Of a DNA stretch of 64,000 nt, positions 24,382 to 38,400 are shown piece by piece. Within the stretch, counting starts at the first letter, position 1. Every line of letters begins with the position of its first letter. A model generated the notes under the pieces. It saw only the letters and a list, made by a program, of their open reading frames with translations. It was not told where the DNA came from and ran no database searches. A program made the position numbers and the translations under genes. This DNA comes from Cyanophora paradoxa CCMP329 (Eukaryota > Plantae > Glaucophyta), in assembly GCA_004431415.1 (NCBI GenBank), contig QPMI01000054.1:186001-250000 (forward strand), in the 5' to 3' direction.

Positions 24382-26386
24382 CTATTCGTAGGGATGCTCC
24401 CAGGAAGTCTTGAAGGCCTGGGCGGCGGGCGGGTAGGCCGCCGCGAGCCGCCGCCCCGCCGCCTGTGCGGCATTCCTCAGGCCCTCGGCAGCTGGCAGCT
24501 CCGGCGCCCGGGCCGTCACCCTGCGCCCGGGTCGATCAGGCCGGCCGGGAGAAGGGGGGGACGGGGTACGGGAGGGGGAGGGGGGTACGGCGCCGACGCA
24601 CGCGGAAGTGCACTCGGCGAGCCCGGCGATGCTCTTGGCGATCCCGACGGGGCCCGACTCGCCGGCCTCCAGCGCCCCCGCCAGCACTCCGAAGAGCGCT
24701 GCCCCCGCCCGCGCGTCAGATCCGGTAAGAAAGGAGGGGGGGGAGTGGGAGGGGGAAGGAGTGGGGGAGTGGGGGCGGCGGCGGCGGCGGAAGAAAAGGG
24801 GGGGGAGGGGAGGGGGGGGAGGGGGGGGAGGGGGGGAGGCGGCGGGCTCGTGGGGGGGGAGAGAGAGAGTGGAAGGGGTACCGGAGATGTCGTCGGCCAT
24901 GCGGGGTACGAGGCGCCGGAGGCGGTCAACGAATCCGGGGTGCTGCAGCCCGTCTGGTTGCGATCGGTGGATCGTGAACGACGAGTAACGGAGAGAGATC
25001 AGAATGGAGAGACGCTCGGATCTCACCGGGGTGCTCGCTCGTTAGGATCTTCCGGACCAGAGCGACGCAGTAAACGGCCACGTAGGCTGAGCAGGAAATT
25101 CGGTCAGGGAACAGGGCGGTCTGCGACGGGAGGGCGGCCGCGGGCCGAGGGAACAGGCGGACTTCGGTTGACGCGGGAGGCGCCGATGGGGCGCGCGCCC
25201 TTAGGGACATCGCCGGCCACCGGCTCGAACGCCATGGCAGAGTCTGCGATCAGATTTATTAGAAAAGATTTGAATAGCGTTCCACAACCTCGGCGCGCGC
25301 ACCGGAGCTCTCTCGGGCGGTGGGCTGGACGGTGACGGCTGTGTGAAGGATCTCGAGCAGCAAGTCGAGGCGGGGCCCGTCGTAGATCGCGAAGGCCTCG
25401 TCGGGGAGCGTCGGGACAAGGGCGCACACGTTCACGAGGTCGCCCTGCGCGGCGCTCTTAATCGAAGTCGACCCCCAATACGATCGGAAGATTTGATCTC
25501 ACGATCATTCTGGCCGTGACGGGGAACCAGGGCGCGCGTGGGCGCCAGGCGGCCTGCAGCGCGTCCAGCAGCGCTTTCGACGTGCGGGTGCGGTCTCCGC
25601 TGACGATCTTCTGCCAGAACTCGGGGCCGCCGAGCAGAAGATGGTTTATAACCTGTGCCGTGCACGTCAAGGTTGATTCGAGCAGGCGAACGTCGATTCG
25701 GGATCGGACCAGGCCGGCCTGTGCCGCGAGAAGGTCCGTTTGCACATTCGAGGTCTCTCTGTCGTCTGCGGCGCCGGACCTGGTCGCGATTTCCTCGCAC
25801 AAGCGCAAGAGCGGGTGATCCCTGTGGACCAGTCGTAGACACTCCTCAAAGCCGCCGGCCCGCCCAAACTGCAGGTCTACGTTAGCACTAGTACTGCGCA
25901 TGCAGCTAGCCCTGCAGCTGCGCATACAGATGACTGCCGCCCGGCCGCTCGAGCTCTAAATCTACGGACCTCGGCAAGCTCCCGCGTGCCAGGCTTCATC
26001 ATCGTGTCGATGTGGACGAGCACGTTCTGCACGACGCCCGAAAGGTGCACGTACGACCCCGGCGCGCCCGCCGGTACATTCGCAGCGCCGGCGCCAGCCA
26101 TGGCGGCCGCTCGCTCCATCACGTACGCCAAGTCGCGCGGCTTGAGTTCGACGTTCTGGTTCGCGAATGCATTCTGAGCGCGCGCTCGGAGCTGTCAAAA
26201 CGCATTGCATGGATTGCGGCGGCGGCCTGATGGCCGCGTGCTGCAGCCTGCTAGTAGCCGATAACCGAAGCAGCGCGCAGCGTCGCACACCTGGCTTGCT
26301 CTAGGCGGCGGGTTCTCCCGAAGGAATGACAGGATGACGTCCTCTGTGCGCCCCTGGCCAAGGCCGATGAACCGGGAATCCGCCAT
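24382..26386 (-). CDS. Copy 3 of the triplicated family; N-terminal helical domain only, with no coiled coil, CCCH or RING (truncated gene or pseudogene)
   Basis: Starts MADSRFIGLGQGRTEDVILSFLRENPPP and is colinear with copy 2 up to AYPPAAQAFK. It then diverges to TSWEHPYE* (stop 24382). Confidence 0.65.
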
Positions 26387-26610
26387 CTTCGATGCGCGCA
26401 CCCGGGCTGAACTCGCTGCGTCCGCGCCGCGCTATGCTCGCCAAGCGAATGTGCCTTTGGCTTTTCCGGGTACGCTGTGTCGCTGCCTGGTTGGGGTACG
26501 CCTCTCTGCAACCGCCACTCGCTGGCCGTCACCGGAGCCAGGCGGTGCGCTAGCTGCAGCTTCGTTATCCCAAAAGCTACTGGTTAGCCTGCACCTCGAG
26601 CGCGGGCGCG

Positions 26611-29600
26611 ATGCCGGCCGCCGGGAGCAAGATCCTCGGCCAGCAGCGCAAGGCCTTTGACTACAAGCTCTCGAAGGTCCGGCTTCCGGGAGAGCAGCAG
26701 GTTCGTTGAGCCAACGCGCCGCATCCCTTCCTCGGGCCGGCGCTCATCTCATGGGCCTCGTGCGCAGGCGGCTGCGGCCCCGCAGGCGGATCTCGGGCTG
26801 CCGCAGCCTGAGGCGCTCGGCTATCACCATGCAGCGCACGGCGCACCTCCGGAAGCGTGGCCCTTGGACTACGGGCCGGTCGACACGTCCGCGTCGTACC
26901 TTGAGGCGCCCTACGCGCAGTGGATCCAGCCGCACATGCCGCCCCCGCCCGCGCACTTCGCGGCGGCCGGCGCGCGTGTCCCGATGACGCCGGCGGCCAC
27001 GCCGGGCGTCCTGCACCCGGCCGCCCCGCCCCCGACGGGCGAGACGAGGCGCAGCGTGACGCTCCGGGGGCGGAGCCCGCCGAAGGAGCCGCCGGGCCCC
27101 GGGCGCGCCCACTCGCCGCGCTTCGCCGCGCGGCCGCACACGGCGCCGGCGCCGGCGAGCCCGGGCCCCGTCCCGTACGGCTACGCGGCCCTGCCGGCCC
27201 CGCCGGCGCCGGCCGCCGCCCCGCGGAGCGCGCGCGCTCGGGCTCGCCGCCGCCGCGGGCGAGCGCGCGGGGGGCGGCCTGGGGCGGGGGCGACGGCTTC
27301 CACGTCTCCACGCTGACGCTCAACCGGAGCCTGAACCTCGACTCGTACATCCCGGGGCGCTCCGTCGGCAAGATCAAGCTCCGCATCCTCGCCAAGTGCC
27401 CCCGCGCCAGCCCCCACCGACCCCCGCGCCTCCCTCGCCGAGCCCCGCCCTCCGCCCCGGGCAGGTGGGTGGACTCGCTGAACGTGGCGCCGCCGGTGAC
27501 CGACCTCTGCATCCGGCTGCGCACGGGCAACCTCCTCTGCGCCCTCCTCGAGCGCCTCGAACCCAGCCTCCAGCTCAAGGGCGTCGTCCGCAAGGCGAGC
27601 GCGGGGAAGGGGGAGGGTACACGGGCCCGGCCGCACGCTCTGAGGCCGCCCCCCCGCGCCCCCCGCAGCCCGTGGTGGCGGACTCGTGCGTCCACAACAT
27701 CGAGATCGCGCTGCAGCACCTCTTCAAGAAGAACGTCCAGTACCAGGCCCGCGCTCCCCCCCCCCCGCCGCCCGGAAACGGTGTACCCTTGAGGCGCGGG
27801 GTACCGCAGAACATGCCGACGGCGCGGGAGATCTTCGAGGCGCGCCCCGGCGCCGTCCTCCGCCTCCTCGGCGAGGCGCGCAGTACCCCCCTTCCCTTTC
27901 TTCCCCCGCCTTTTGCTGGGCCCCCTCCCTTCTGAGGCCCCCCCACAGGTCTTCGACGTGTACGTGGTGCAGCCGGCCCGGGCCCAGCTCCGCGTCCTCC
28001 TCTCCTGGTATCCCCCGCTCTCCCCTCCCCCTCCGGTACCCCCGGCGAGCGGCCGTACCCCCCGCAGGTACTTCGGGACGGTGGCGCGGTACGGTGTGCT
28101 GGACCCGCGCTCGGTCGCCTCGATCCAGCCGGGGCCCGCCGCCGCCACCCTCCTCCGCGAGACCCTCGCCAGGTCCCTCCCTTCCCCATTCCCTCCCCCC
28201 GCTCCCCTCCTGACGCCCCGGGGGCAGCGGGACGGCGTGGTGCTGCGTGATGCACTGCCACGCGGCGGACGCCGGCTTCGACCTCGGCCTCGTCTTCCGC
28301 CAGCCCGCCGCCCTCGAGGAGGCGCGCCCCCCCGCCCCGCCCCGCCGTTGTCGTCCTTTTGTATGTCCTCACCCAGCCGGCCAGGTGCTGAACAACCTGG
28401 AGTACGCGGCCGAATTCTCCGAGCAGCTCGGCGTCCCCTGGTACTGGTGGTCCGCCCCGCGCCCCGCCCACCCCGCCCGCCCCCTCCCTCCCTCCCGCCT
28501 CTCAGCGTCAACGGCGGGGGCAGGTCCCCCGCGGACTGCGCGGCCTTCCCCGCGGACGACGTCGTCCTCGCCCAGCTCCACGCCCTCTACTCCTACTTCA
28601 AGGGCGCGCCTGCTCTCTTCCCCCGCTCCGTCCCTCTCGCTTGCCCGGCCCGGCCGCGTCGAGCACGGGGGGCGCAGCGCAGGGGAAGCTCTCCTCCGGG
28701 GCGCCCCGGGGCGCCGCGCGGGGCCTCCAGTTCGCCGACTCCGAGCGCATCGAGGCCGCCCGGGTACCCTGTCCTTCTCTTTCCGCATCCGCCTCTTTCT
28801 TCCCGGGCTCAGGCGGGCTCAGATCGAGGCGGAGCAGCAGTGGGCCAACGAGCGCGCCGCCGTCTTCAACGACATCGTCACCCAGGTAGCCCCTACCCTC
28901 CCCCCGCCCGATCCCGTACCCCCCCCCCCCCGCCCGACGCCCCCGCAGCGGATCGCGCAGCACTCGGAGCGGGAGGCCGTCGGCCGCCAGCGGAAGCAGC
29001 TCGCCTACTACGCCGAGGCACGCACTCGTACCCCCCGCCCAAACCGAGCCCTTCCTCCGCTTACTTTTCCCGCGGCGGCAGCTCGCGGAGCGGGAGCGGC
29101 AGATGGACGAGCGCTCGCGCCTCTCGCCCTTCCGTGCGCCCGGCCCCTCGGGCGGCGCCCGCCCCGCCCTGCCCCGCCGCCCCTGACGTCCGCGCGCAGT
29201 CCAGGCGAAGCGGATGCAGCGGATGAAGGAGCGGCTGGAGAACGAGCGCATCCTCCGCCTCCGCCGGGTGCGCAGACATGGACGGATTCGTGATGGGAGG
29301 GGTTTAAGCCCCGGCGCAGCAGCAGGCGTCGGAGATGCGGTGGGGCGCGAAGAGCAAGGGCACGCCAGCGGCAGCCACGGCGGGGTCGGCGGCCGAGGGC
29401 ACCGAGTCGCGGGCGGGGCGGGAGCGGGAGGAGGGCCCCGGGCGCCTCTGGCCCCGCCTCATCCGCCGCATCGAGACCGAGCGCGACGTCGAGTGGGTCC
29501 CCGTTGACGTGCGCCGTACCCCCCGCCGGCCGCTCAGGTGAACTCCGCCGAGGGCGGGGGCGGCTCAGGTGAAGGCGTCGCTCAAGGCGACGCGGGCGGC

Positions 29601-32005
29601 GCGGGCGGCGCAGTCGGGGGCGCCGCCCCCCCACACGGGGCCCCGCAACCGCCTCGCCGGCCCCGCGGCCCCGGCCCACGCGCCAGCCCGCGCCCCGCCG
29701 CCGGCTTCGGGAGCCCGGGCGCACCGGCGCCGCACGCGGCACCCGCACGGGGCCCCGTGCCGCCCCGCCGAGCCGCCCGGCGCGCCCCGCGCCGGCCGCG
29801 CCGGCCGCGCGGCCCCCGCGGGCCGCCTCGCCCCACGACTCCGACCCCGGCCGCCAGGCGCCGTGCGCGCCGCCTCCCGCCCCGCCCCACCCGGCCCTGA
29901 CCCGACCGGCCTCGCGGCGCGCAGGGCGGGCGGGCGCCGGCGCTGGCGCGGGTGCCGTCGGGGCGGTCGGTGCAGCGGGCGGGGTCGAGCCGGACGACGC
30001 CGCGGGAGAGCCCGCGGGGGGCGCCCCGGGCCCCCGAGGAGGAGGAGGGGGAGGAGGACCTCGGGCAGCTCCAGTCCTACCTCTCCACCATCCCCTCCTC
30101 CATGACGTACGCAAATCCCCTACCCCCCGCCTCTTGCTCTCTCGTCTGAAGTCATCTGCAGGGGCCGGCCCGGCGCGCGGCAGCCCACGAACACCGGCGA
30201 GGCGCGCCTTCCCTCTCCCCTCCTCGCCTTCTCTTCCTCGTCCCTTCCTCAACTTTTCGGCGCAGGGGTTCGAGTTCGAGGAGCCGGACGAGCAGACGAC
30301 GGACCACCCGATGTACAGCGAGGCGCGTACCCCCCTTTCGTTTCGCTTTGCGCCTGTGCGAGCCCGCGGGGGCGCGTGCGGGCGCGCAGGGCCTGCGGAC
30401 GGTCGCGGAGGAGAGCGTGACCTCGGAGGGGGCCGGCTTCGGGCGGGAGGACGGCGCCGGCGGCGCGGGGGCCGACGGCGCCGGGGACCACGGCGAGGGC
30501 GGCGACGGCGACCGGAGGGGGTACGACGAGGACGACGCCGCCACCGGGTGCGCCGACGCTCTCCTCCTACCCCCCCTCTTCGCTTCTGAGCTTCGAGGGG
30601 TACAGGTACTCGGCGAGGGGGGACGAGCACGAGCCCTTCGGCGAGGACGGGTTCCCCCAGGACTACTCCCCGGGTACCCCCTCTTCTGTTTTTTCCTGCT
30701 GCTCTGCGAACAGCGCGCGCCGCGCAGGCTGGGGGATGCAGCAGGGCCAGGCGGAGCAAGGGGACCGCCGCGGCTGGGAACAGGAGGTGCGGCGCCCGGT
30801 CCCGGGGTACGCGGGCGAGCGCTCCCCGCGAACTTAGACGGGTGCAGGTGCACGAGCTGTTCGAGGACGAGGGTGCCCACGCCGGCAACGAGCACGGGTA
30901 CGACCACGGGGACGGGGAGGGGTACGAGCACGGGGCGCTGGACCGGTCGGCCTCGCCGACGGCGGTGGGGCCGGGCAGCCAGCCGGGCTCCGCCGCCGCC
31001 AGCCCCCACCGCGCCTCCGCCGCCCCCTCCCCCGGGGCCGGCTACGGGGCGGCCCCGTCCCGTCGGGAGCGCCCCGCCTCGGCCGGCGGCACGCCCCGCG
31101 CCAGGCCCGGCCTGCCCCCGCCCCCCGTGCCTGTCTCCGCCCCCGCCCCGGCCCCGGGCCCCGCGCCGGCGGCGCCGTACTACCCGCACCAGGAGGAGGG
31201 GGGCACCTACGTGGACGAGCCGGTACCCGTGCGGGCGGCGGACTTCACGTGGGGCGGCCTCGACGTCGAGCAGCTCCTCTCCGAGCGCATGCCCCGCATC
31301 GTGCGCACCCCGTACCCCCCTTTTTGGCCTTTCTCTGAGAGCCGGGGGGCAGCTGGAGCCGCGGGGCTGGTCGCGGGGCGAGTGGGAGGGCGCGGCCGTC
31401 CACATCCGCTCGACCCTCTTCGAGCCCAAGCTCTACCACCTGCTCCCCCCGCCCGGCGCCCCCGAGGACGCGGTAGCCCCCGCCCCCTTCCGAACGCTCC
31501 TGTACCCCTCCCTCACCGACCGGGGTACAGGAGCCGAGCATGTACGTCTTCCAGGTGGAGATGGACGTGCCCGAGGCGTACGGCCCCGCCCTCGTGTGGC
31601 GCGACCTCGACTCCGCGGAGCTGGTACCCCCCTGCCTCCCCGACCGTGGCTACTTTTAGCCGGGCGCGCGCTGACGCGTACCCCGCGACAGGTGGGTGCG
31701 GTGGAGCTGCTGCACCTCACAGCGGTCGAGCGCGAGCTCTCGGGCACGACCATCACCATGCACGTCGCGCCCCCGGGGGGTACACCCGCCTCCGTCCAGT
31801 TCATGACCGGTGCCGCCTCGCCCCGTCTTCCCCTCCCCCTCCGGCCCGACCGGGCCCCGCAGGGGAGTACGAGGAGCGGGACGGGTACACGTGGGCGACG
31901 ATGCTCTTCTGCTTCCTGCTGAAGGGCCTGCACCGGACGCCGATGCGCCTCACGGAGGACGACATGGACTGGATCCGCAATAAGGCCGAGATGGTCTCCC
32001 TCTAG
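26611..32005 (+). CDS. Protein with tandem calponin-homology (CH) domains, coiled coil, low-complexity linker and a C-terminal globular (possibly PH-like) domain
   Basis: CH1: LRILAK|WVDSLNV..VTDLCIRLRTGNLLCALLERLEP..CVHNIEIALQHL. CH2: LLSW..LASGTAWCCVMH..VLNNLEYAAEFSEQLGVPWYWSPAD..VLAQLHALYSYFK. Start MPAAGSKILG; end NKAEMVSL*. Confidence 0.7.
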
Positions 32006-32453
32006 CCCCGCCCCCGTCCCCGCGAGCTCCGTGGTGCAGCAGAGCAACCGCAGTGCGTATGTACGATTTCGCAAATTCCAGTGTTCAAGCCAATTTTGTG
32101 CAGTTCTATTTGCCTCATCGGGAATCGGTACAAGTAATTGCAATTGCAAGCCAGGGTTTAGAGCTCGCCACATTCTAGCATAAGACGGCTTAAAGTTATA
32201 ATTAGCTCGAAGCAGATATGGCAATTGACACTAACTAACATGACTTCACTAACATGCGAGCTCGAGGTAGCTATAGTATAACACATATTGCGGTAATGCG
32301 GCACTAATCATGAATAAGCGATGCGCGTCGACGTCGCACGGTTCGACGGCCAATGACTCTTCAGACGGGACGCCGTGACGCCACCGAGGCCGCCGCGCGG
32401 CCGGGCCCCGGGGCCCGGGGGCCTGGAGGATCCACCAGAGCGAAGGGGTTAGA

Positions 32454-35400
32454 TTACACTGCAGCTGGCCCAGCCGGGGCCCGCGGACTGGTACTGGCTC
32501 CGCCCCCTGGCCGGCTGCCCGCGGCGGGGCTCGCAGCGAGTTCGCCGCGCGCCGACGACGGGTCCGCGGCGAGCAAGTCGGTGGAGCCGACGCCCGCGCC
32601 GACCGCGGCCAGCGCGGGTTGCGTGGTGGCAGGGTCGGCGTCGTAGTCCCGCATGATGGCGTCGACCTCGTCCTCCGCGGCCGACGGCCGGCGCCGGCTG
32701 GCGGCGTCTGCCGATCGCGGCGTCAGCCCCGCGGCGCGCCATCGGCGTCGACGGGCGCAGTGCACCGCCGCCTGGAAATCCGTCGCCCCCTGTCAGTGCA
32801 CCGCTCCCTGCGCTCGTTCTCGGTTTCAGGCGCGCTGGGAAAGGGCAGCGGATGAACGCGCACTGGCGCTGCCCGCGGGTGAGAGGCGGTCCGGCGTCTC
32901 CGGGATCGCGTCCAGCCGCGGCGTCGACATCGGAACTCCGGATCCAGGCCTCCCGTAGACGTCGACGGGAGGCTGGGACGACCGGAAGCCGGCCCCGCCG
33001 AAGTGGTCGGGCGGGCGGGACGTTCCGATAAAGTGTTGTACATGTGCAACGGCCTCTGAATTCGAAGCGGCCCCCACTTGGCTGCGCGCGGGCCGTGCGT
33101 CAGCCGGCTTGTGCGCGCGGAGAGGCGAGCGCCGTCGCACCCGCCCGCGGGCCGCGCCATAGCCGGCCGCCCCGGCTCGTGCCCGAGTTTGCCGACGGTG
33201 TTGAACGCCACGCCGGGTCCGTCTTGGCGCTCGTCCGCGCCGCCGCCGAGCCCGCCGCTCTGGCGGCCGCGCGACGGGTCCGAGAGCTGGTTGTTGCTGA
33301 CCATCCAGCCCGCCTCGCCTGCTCGAAATCCAAGTCAGCGGGCTGCAGAATACATGTACAGCCAAATCGTCGAGCGCGCCTAGGATGACGTTCTCGGCGG
33401 AGAGGACGAGCCGCTCAATGTTGGTGCGTTTGAGCTTTTCGTCGGGACGCAGGGCGTTCCAAGAGGCCTGCCGCCGGTCGCTCGGCGGAGGAGATCTAGA
33501 GCGCGAGGGGATGCATGCACAGGCGCGAGGGCGCACCTGGATGTTGTTCAGCTCGGTGTGGCACATGTTCATCTGCGGTGGAAGAGCTCGTCAGAAGCGC
33601 TGCGAAGAGCTGCGCGCCGACCGTTTGACCGGCCTGCATGAGGCGCTTCTCGAGGTTCTCGAGGTCCTGCCACGCGGCAAAGACGGCAGCGAGCGAGGTC
33701 GTGACCGCGATCCACAGCTGCGACCCGACGATCGCGAGGTGGGATAGTAGAAGCGGAACTCGTCTTCTGCTCACCTGATAGCCCAGGAGACCGAGAATGG
33801 CGCCCGCCGCGCCGGAGAAGATCGCTGAAATCTGCACGGCTTCCTTAAGCCCGTGAATACTGTGGACCGCGGCCTACGGGTCTGAGCGACCTGGAGGAAG
33901 CGCAGCCAGGCGTGGGACCACTCGGCTTCGGCCTTGTAACGGCGGAGCTTGGGGCGGACCTGCCAGGACGAATCTGCAAGAGAACGAAGCGAGCACGACG
34001 GCGCCGGCGCACCCTGAACTCGAGGTACTGCTTGGGGTCCAGGCGCGAGAATCCGTCGTCGCTCGGGTGTATAAACTCCATCGTCCGCAGCTGGTCCCGC
34101 GACGCGACCTCCTTTGCGGAGGGGTCCTGCTGCGCAGCGGCCGCTGCGTCCACCTTGCCGGCTTCTGGGTGCTGATTATCGTTGTTGTCGATGTCAGGAA
34201 TCGATTCAATTGCAAGCAGCGGTAGATCTAGAGTGTACAAGCGCACTCGAACAAACTTGGCGCCGCCGGGACCGACAAGAATGACTCGCTTCCTGCTCGA
34301 AACTCCAGAGTTAACGTTAATGATCATAAGATGACGCCGTCAACGGCGTGCGCACGACATGGAGGCGAGCGACGTGGACGAGAGCTCGCCGTGCATGATG
34401 CGGCCGCTGATGTCCCGCATCCGCTCGGCGAGCTTCTCGGGCGCGATCTTCTCCCGGTAATCCGAGGAGACGCCGGCGCGGTACTTGAAGAGCTCCGACT
34501 TGATGCGCTCGCTCGACATGGCGAGGTAGTAGAACTTGGTCGACGGGCCTTGCATGGGCGACAGCGTACGCGTCGGGACGGTGGAATGGCGTCAGGCGCG
34601 CGGGCGTGCGGCGAACCGAGGAGGCTGTAGACGGAGAGGAGGGCGGAGAGCGCGATCGGCCACGCGACGGAAATGTACCTTCGCGATCGGAAGGAAGTCA
34701 GGGGCAAGCTGTAGTAGAAAGCCACGGCCGAGCGACGCACTCGAGGAACTTTTGGGCGCGAGTGACCATGCCGCTGATGCAGTACGAGACGATGATGGAG
34801 TCCTCGGCGCACTTGTAGGACTGCGGACGGGCGGTAATTATAAGACAGCTTGATCGAGCCCGCTGGGGCGCCGGATCCGACCTGGAGGAAGGAGGTGATG
34901 ACGACCGTGAGCGTGGCGACAAAAGAGAGCAGCTGGACGAGGAAGCCGAGGATGCGGGCCACGTCCTGCTGCTTCTCCGCCGACTGCCCGCAATCTCAGC
35001 TCCGGGAGAGAGCTCAAGATCGGCGATCGCGAGAGCACCTCGCGGTAGATGGCGAAGCGCGACCAGGCATCCTGGACGACCTGCGAGCGCCCGTCCTCCT
35101 CCCGCCCGTCTCCGTCGCTGCGCAGCCCTCGCTGACAACGCGTTGCCGCGAGCGTGGGCACGCCCGCGCACGAGAGGAAGCGGTTGAGGTGCGTGGCGGC
35201 CTCGTCGACGCTGTCGGTCTCCAGGCTGACGAAGCTCAGATTGCCGTCCTCGAAGAGCTCCGCGACAGGTGGCTCGTTCTGGTCCCAGTTAGGATTATTC
35301 AGATGGAAGAAGTCGGAAGCAGATCTAGAGCGAAAAGACGCACCTCGACGGCTGCCGAGTCGCTGAGCCACTCCTTGTATTTCGTGCCCAGCCGGTCCGC

Positions 35401-38400
35401 GAGTCCGCCTGCTGGGCTGTTTGCGACTGAACTTCGACGCCCGGGCACACTGCGCACCGGTGCCCTGGATGACGAGGATGGGCAGCCCGGCCCGGACCCA
35501 GTAGAGGAGCTCCTCGATGCGGAATCGCGTCCCCCCGATGAGGACCACAGCGGCGGGGACCGAGGGCGCGGGGCGTGGTTGCGCGGGGGCGTCCGTGTCG
35601 GCAGCCTCCGGGTCAATCCTCTTCAGCTGAAGGCTTCGAGACTGTGAATCGCGGGACGCGAGCCGGTGGGCGAGGCCAGACACTGCCACCTGAACGTTGG
35701 GTGCATATGCTCAAGAGCGAGTTTTCGCAGCAGAGCATCCCAAGCTTAAGCTTAAGCAAGCCTTACCCTGTCCTGCTGCATCTGGTTCTGCAAAGCGGCC
35801 ACTGTTCGAACTTTCGCCCTCAGCTGAAGGGGAATCGATATCGCGATCGAGATCGACACCGTCAGTAGGGCAAGACGCTTATAGTGCCGTTTGCGCACGT
35901 AGCCGTGCTTGATGTGATCCTTGTCGGGCGTCTGCACCCATATACCGCAGCTGCACGAAAATAAAAAATGTGAACCAGAGTTTGGAATATATATATATAT
36001 TAATAAAACGGATGCAGCGTTGAGCACGTGTGATGCTGCTCCAATGTTCGACTGCTGAGGAAGTCGCTCGCCTCTTTGTCGAAGCCCAGCGAAGCCCAAT
36101 GATCGTCTTTGCTTAGAAGTTGGGGCGGGGGCACCCAAAAGAAGCTGAAAGGGGTCACATTATCCCACGTAAGAGGCTCTGTACACCGTGCACGCACCCT
36201 GATATGCGAAGAGCGTCCACGTCAGCAGCGCCGCTCCTCAGAGTTTGTATGGTTCGCTCCATATTGCTGTCGTCTTCGAGGAGCGCTATGTTGAATGCGA
36301 CCTTCCACCTCCCCGTCAGTCGTAAACTAATTATCAGCAAGTTACCTGATCAAAGGCAAACCAGAGAGCCTTTCGATCCCTCTGACTTTATTCGAGCCGC
36401 GGCCTGCTTAATTATATAAGTTTAAGAACGTGTTTCGTTTGATGACCCCCGCAGCCCGGCACGCACGCCCTCGATGGCCGGCCCCAGCGTGGTGCCGACG
36501 AACGTAGAAATACCCTCAGTGAGCACGACGGCCCGGCGATCAGCCTGCTCGAACCATCAAAGGGGAACGAGGGCGAAAAGTTAAGACGGCGCACCGCCAC
36601 CTTGGCCAGACCCCTCGTGAGAAATTGGCGCAGCCTCCTTCTCGCCAGCGCCTCGCGCTCTGATCAACGGTAAGCAAAGGAAACGCCTCCAACTTGCCAT
36701 TATGATCATGAGAGAGCGCGCCCTCTTGGATGTGCGATCTGTTGGCGGCACTCGAAGCTGCGCCGCCCGTTGCCTGCAGCTGCTTTTCGGCTTCCTTCGC
36801 CTTCTTCTTCTCTTCCGGCTCGGGGAAGTCTTCAATCTGCACTGTCCATCAGCGCTAGCCGCTATATAGCTAGTCTCGATCGCCCATGACAAAACAGTCA
36901 CCATTAAAACGACCGAGGAACGCAATTGAGATGGATCCCGCTGCCCCATCGCGTGGAGCGGTCTGTGAAGGAATTCTTTCACGAGCTGCACAGCGGCTGT
37001 CTCTGTGTGATTTGAGTCTGCCGCAGCAGCACCCCGATCAATTGCAACAGGCTGCTCAGAATGTGCGCCATGGATTTGCGGCGCACGCACCCACCTGCAA
37101 CCGTGTATGATTAGACTCGAAGATCTTGGCGGAACAAGGAGAAAACCGTTTGAACCGCGCACAATGAGGAAGGACGAATCTCGGGACATGCCCGGTTGCC
37201 TCAGCTGTAAACATGTACACACCATGAACGTCAACATCACGTTTACGTATACGTATATTTATATATATATATATATATGCGATCATGGACAGATTGGCGA
37301 TACGTTAAATGTTTTAATTTACAAACGGAGAGTGCGAGCTCGAGAGCACGCACATTCACGCGGCCTGTGGTTGCAGCTTTTTCGGAGGGAACTGAGGATC
37401 CGAAAGCATTCGAGGCTGTGACCTGATGAAAATTCACTGCAAGTGCTCTCAAAATATCGACGGGCTCACTTGATAACTGAAGATCAGGCTTTGACTATCG
37501 TACGTCCCGTTCAGCCACAAATCGAAGACTCGTGTCTGCCCAGTTCAGAACAGGTGCACGTCATACGATTACATCAATATATATTAATAAGCATCGCCAA
37601 ATGAGAGGTGCACGCGGAGCAGACCGGAAGAACTGGAATGTCGACGCCGTACGCGTCCTTCCTAACCATCGGAGCGGGCAGGGGATACGGCACGTCCTTC
37701 TCTTCGGTCGTCAGTTCGTACGTCCCGTTCTGTCGAAAGTCGCAGACGACGTCATGATCAGCAGCCTTCGATTAAGCGCGTTCGGCCTCATTCAATACAC
37801 TTGCAATTGACCTCTCGCACGCGCTGGACGTAGTAGGGCTTGGAATTCGAATTCGAAGTCCCAGATGTTGCTTCACGGCCGGGTCTGCGGACGCATGCTC
37901 AGTGTCAATGGACGGCATTGATCGTGATCTCTACTGATTCCCCGCACGGTTGCCAAGTCGACTGCATGGAGTAGCTTTTGCCGTCAGGCAGAAGCTCAAT
38001 CACCGCAACCTGGGGGGAGAGGCATGGGGAGAGGGCCGTGGCTCAAGCACTCGAGAGCGAGTGTGGAACCTTCGAAGGAGGGTTGCGGCGGTCCGACCGG
38101 GTGACCACATACTGATTCCAAAGCACGTAAGCCACGCGACTCTGGCATGGAGCCTTAAAACTTGTGTACCTTCGTGATTCGCTCGGAGACCCTGTCGCTT
38201 GACATTGGGGCGTCCCACTCCACTTCAATCATCTGAGATATTAGTGATCAGGAAAGGAAAGCGATCGAACAAGCTGGAAATTTTAAAGCGAAGATCTAGA
38301 GGCAGGTGGCGTGCAGAGGCGGGCGGCAGGCATGCGCACCACAGTCCCCGATACTATCTGAGAATTGCCATCCAAAACGAAGCTGGGGCTGGCGCCGACC

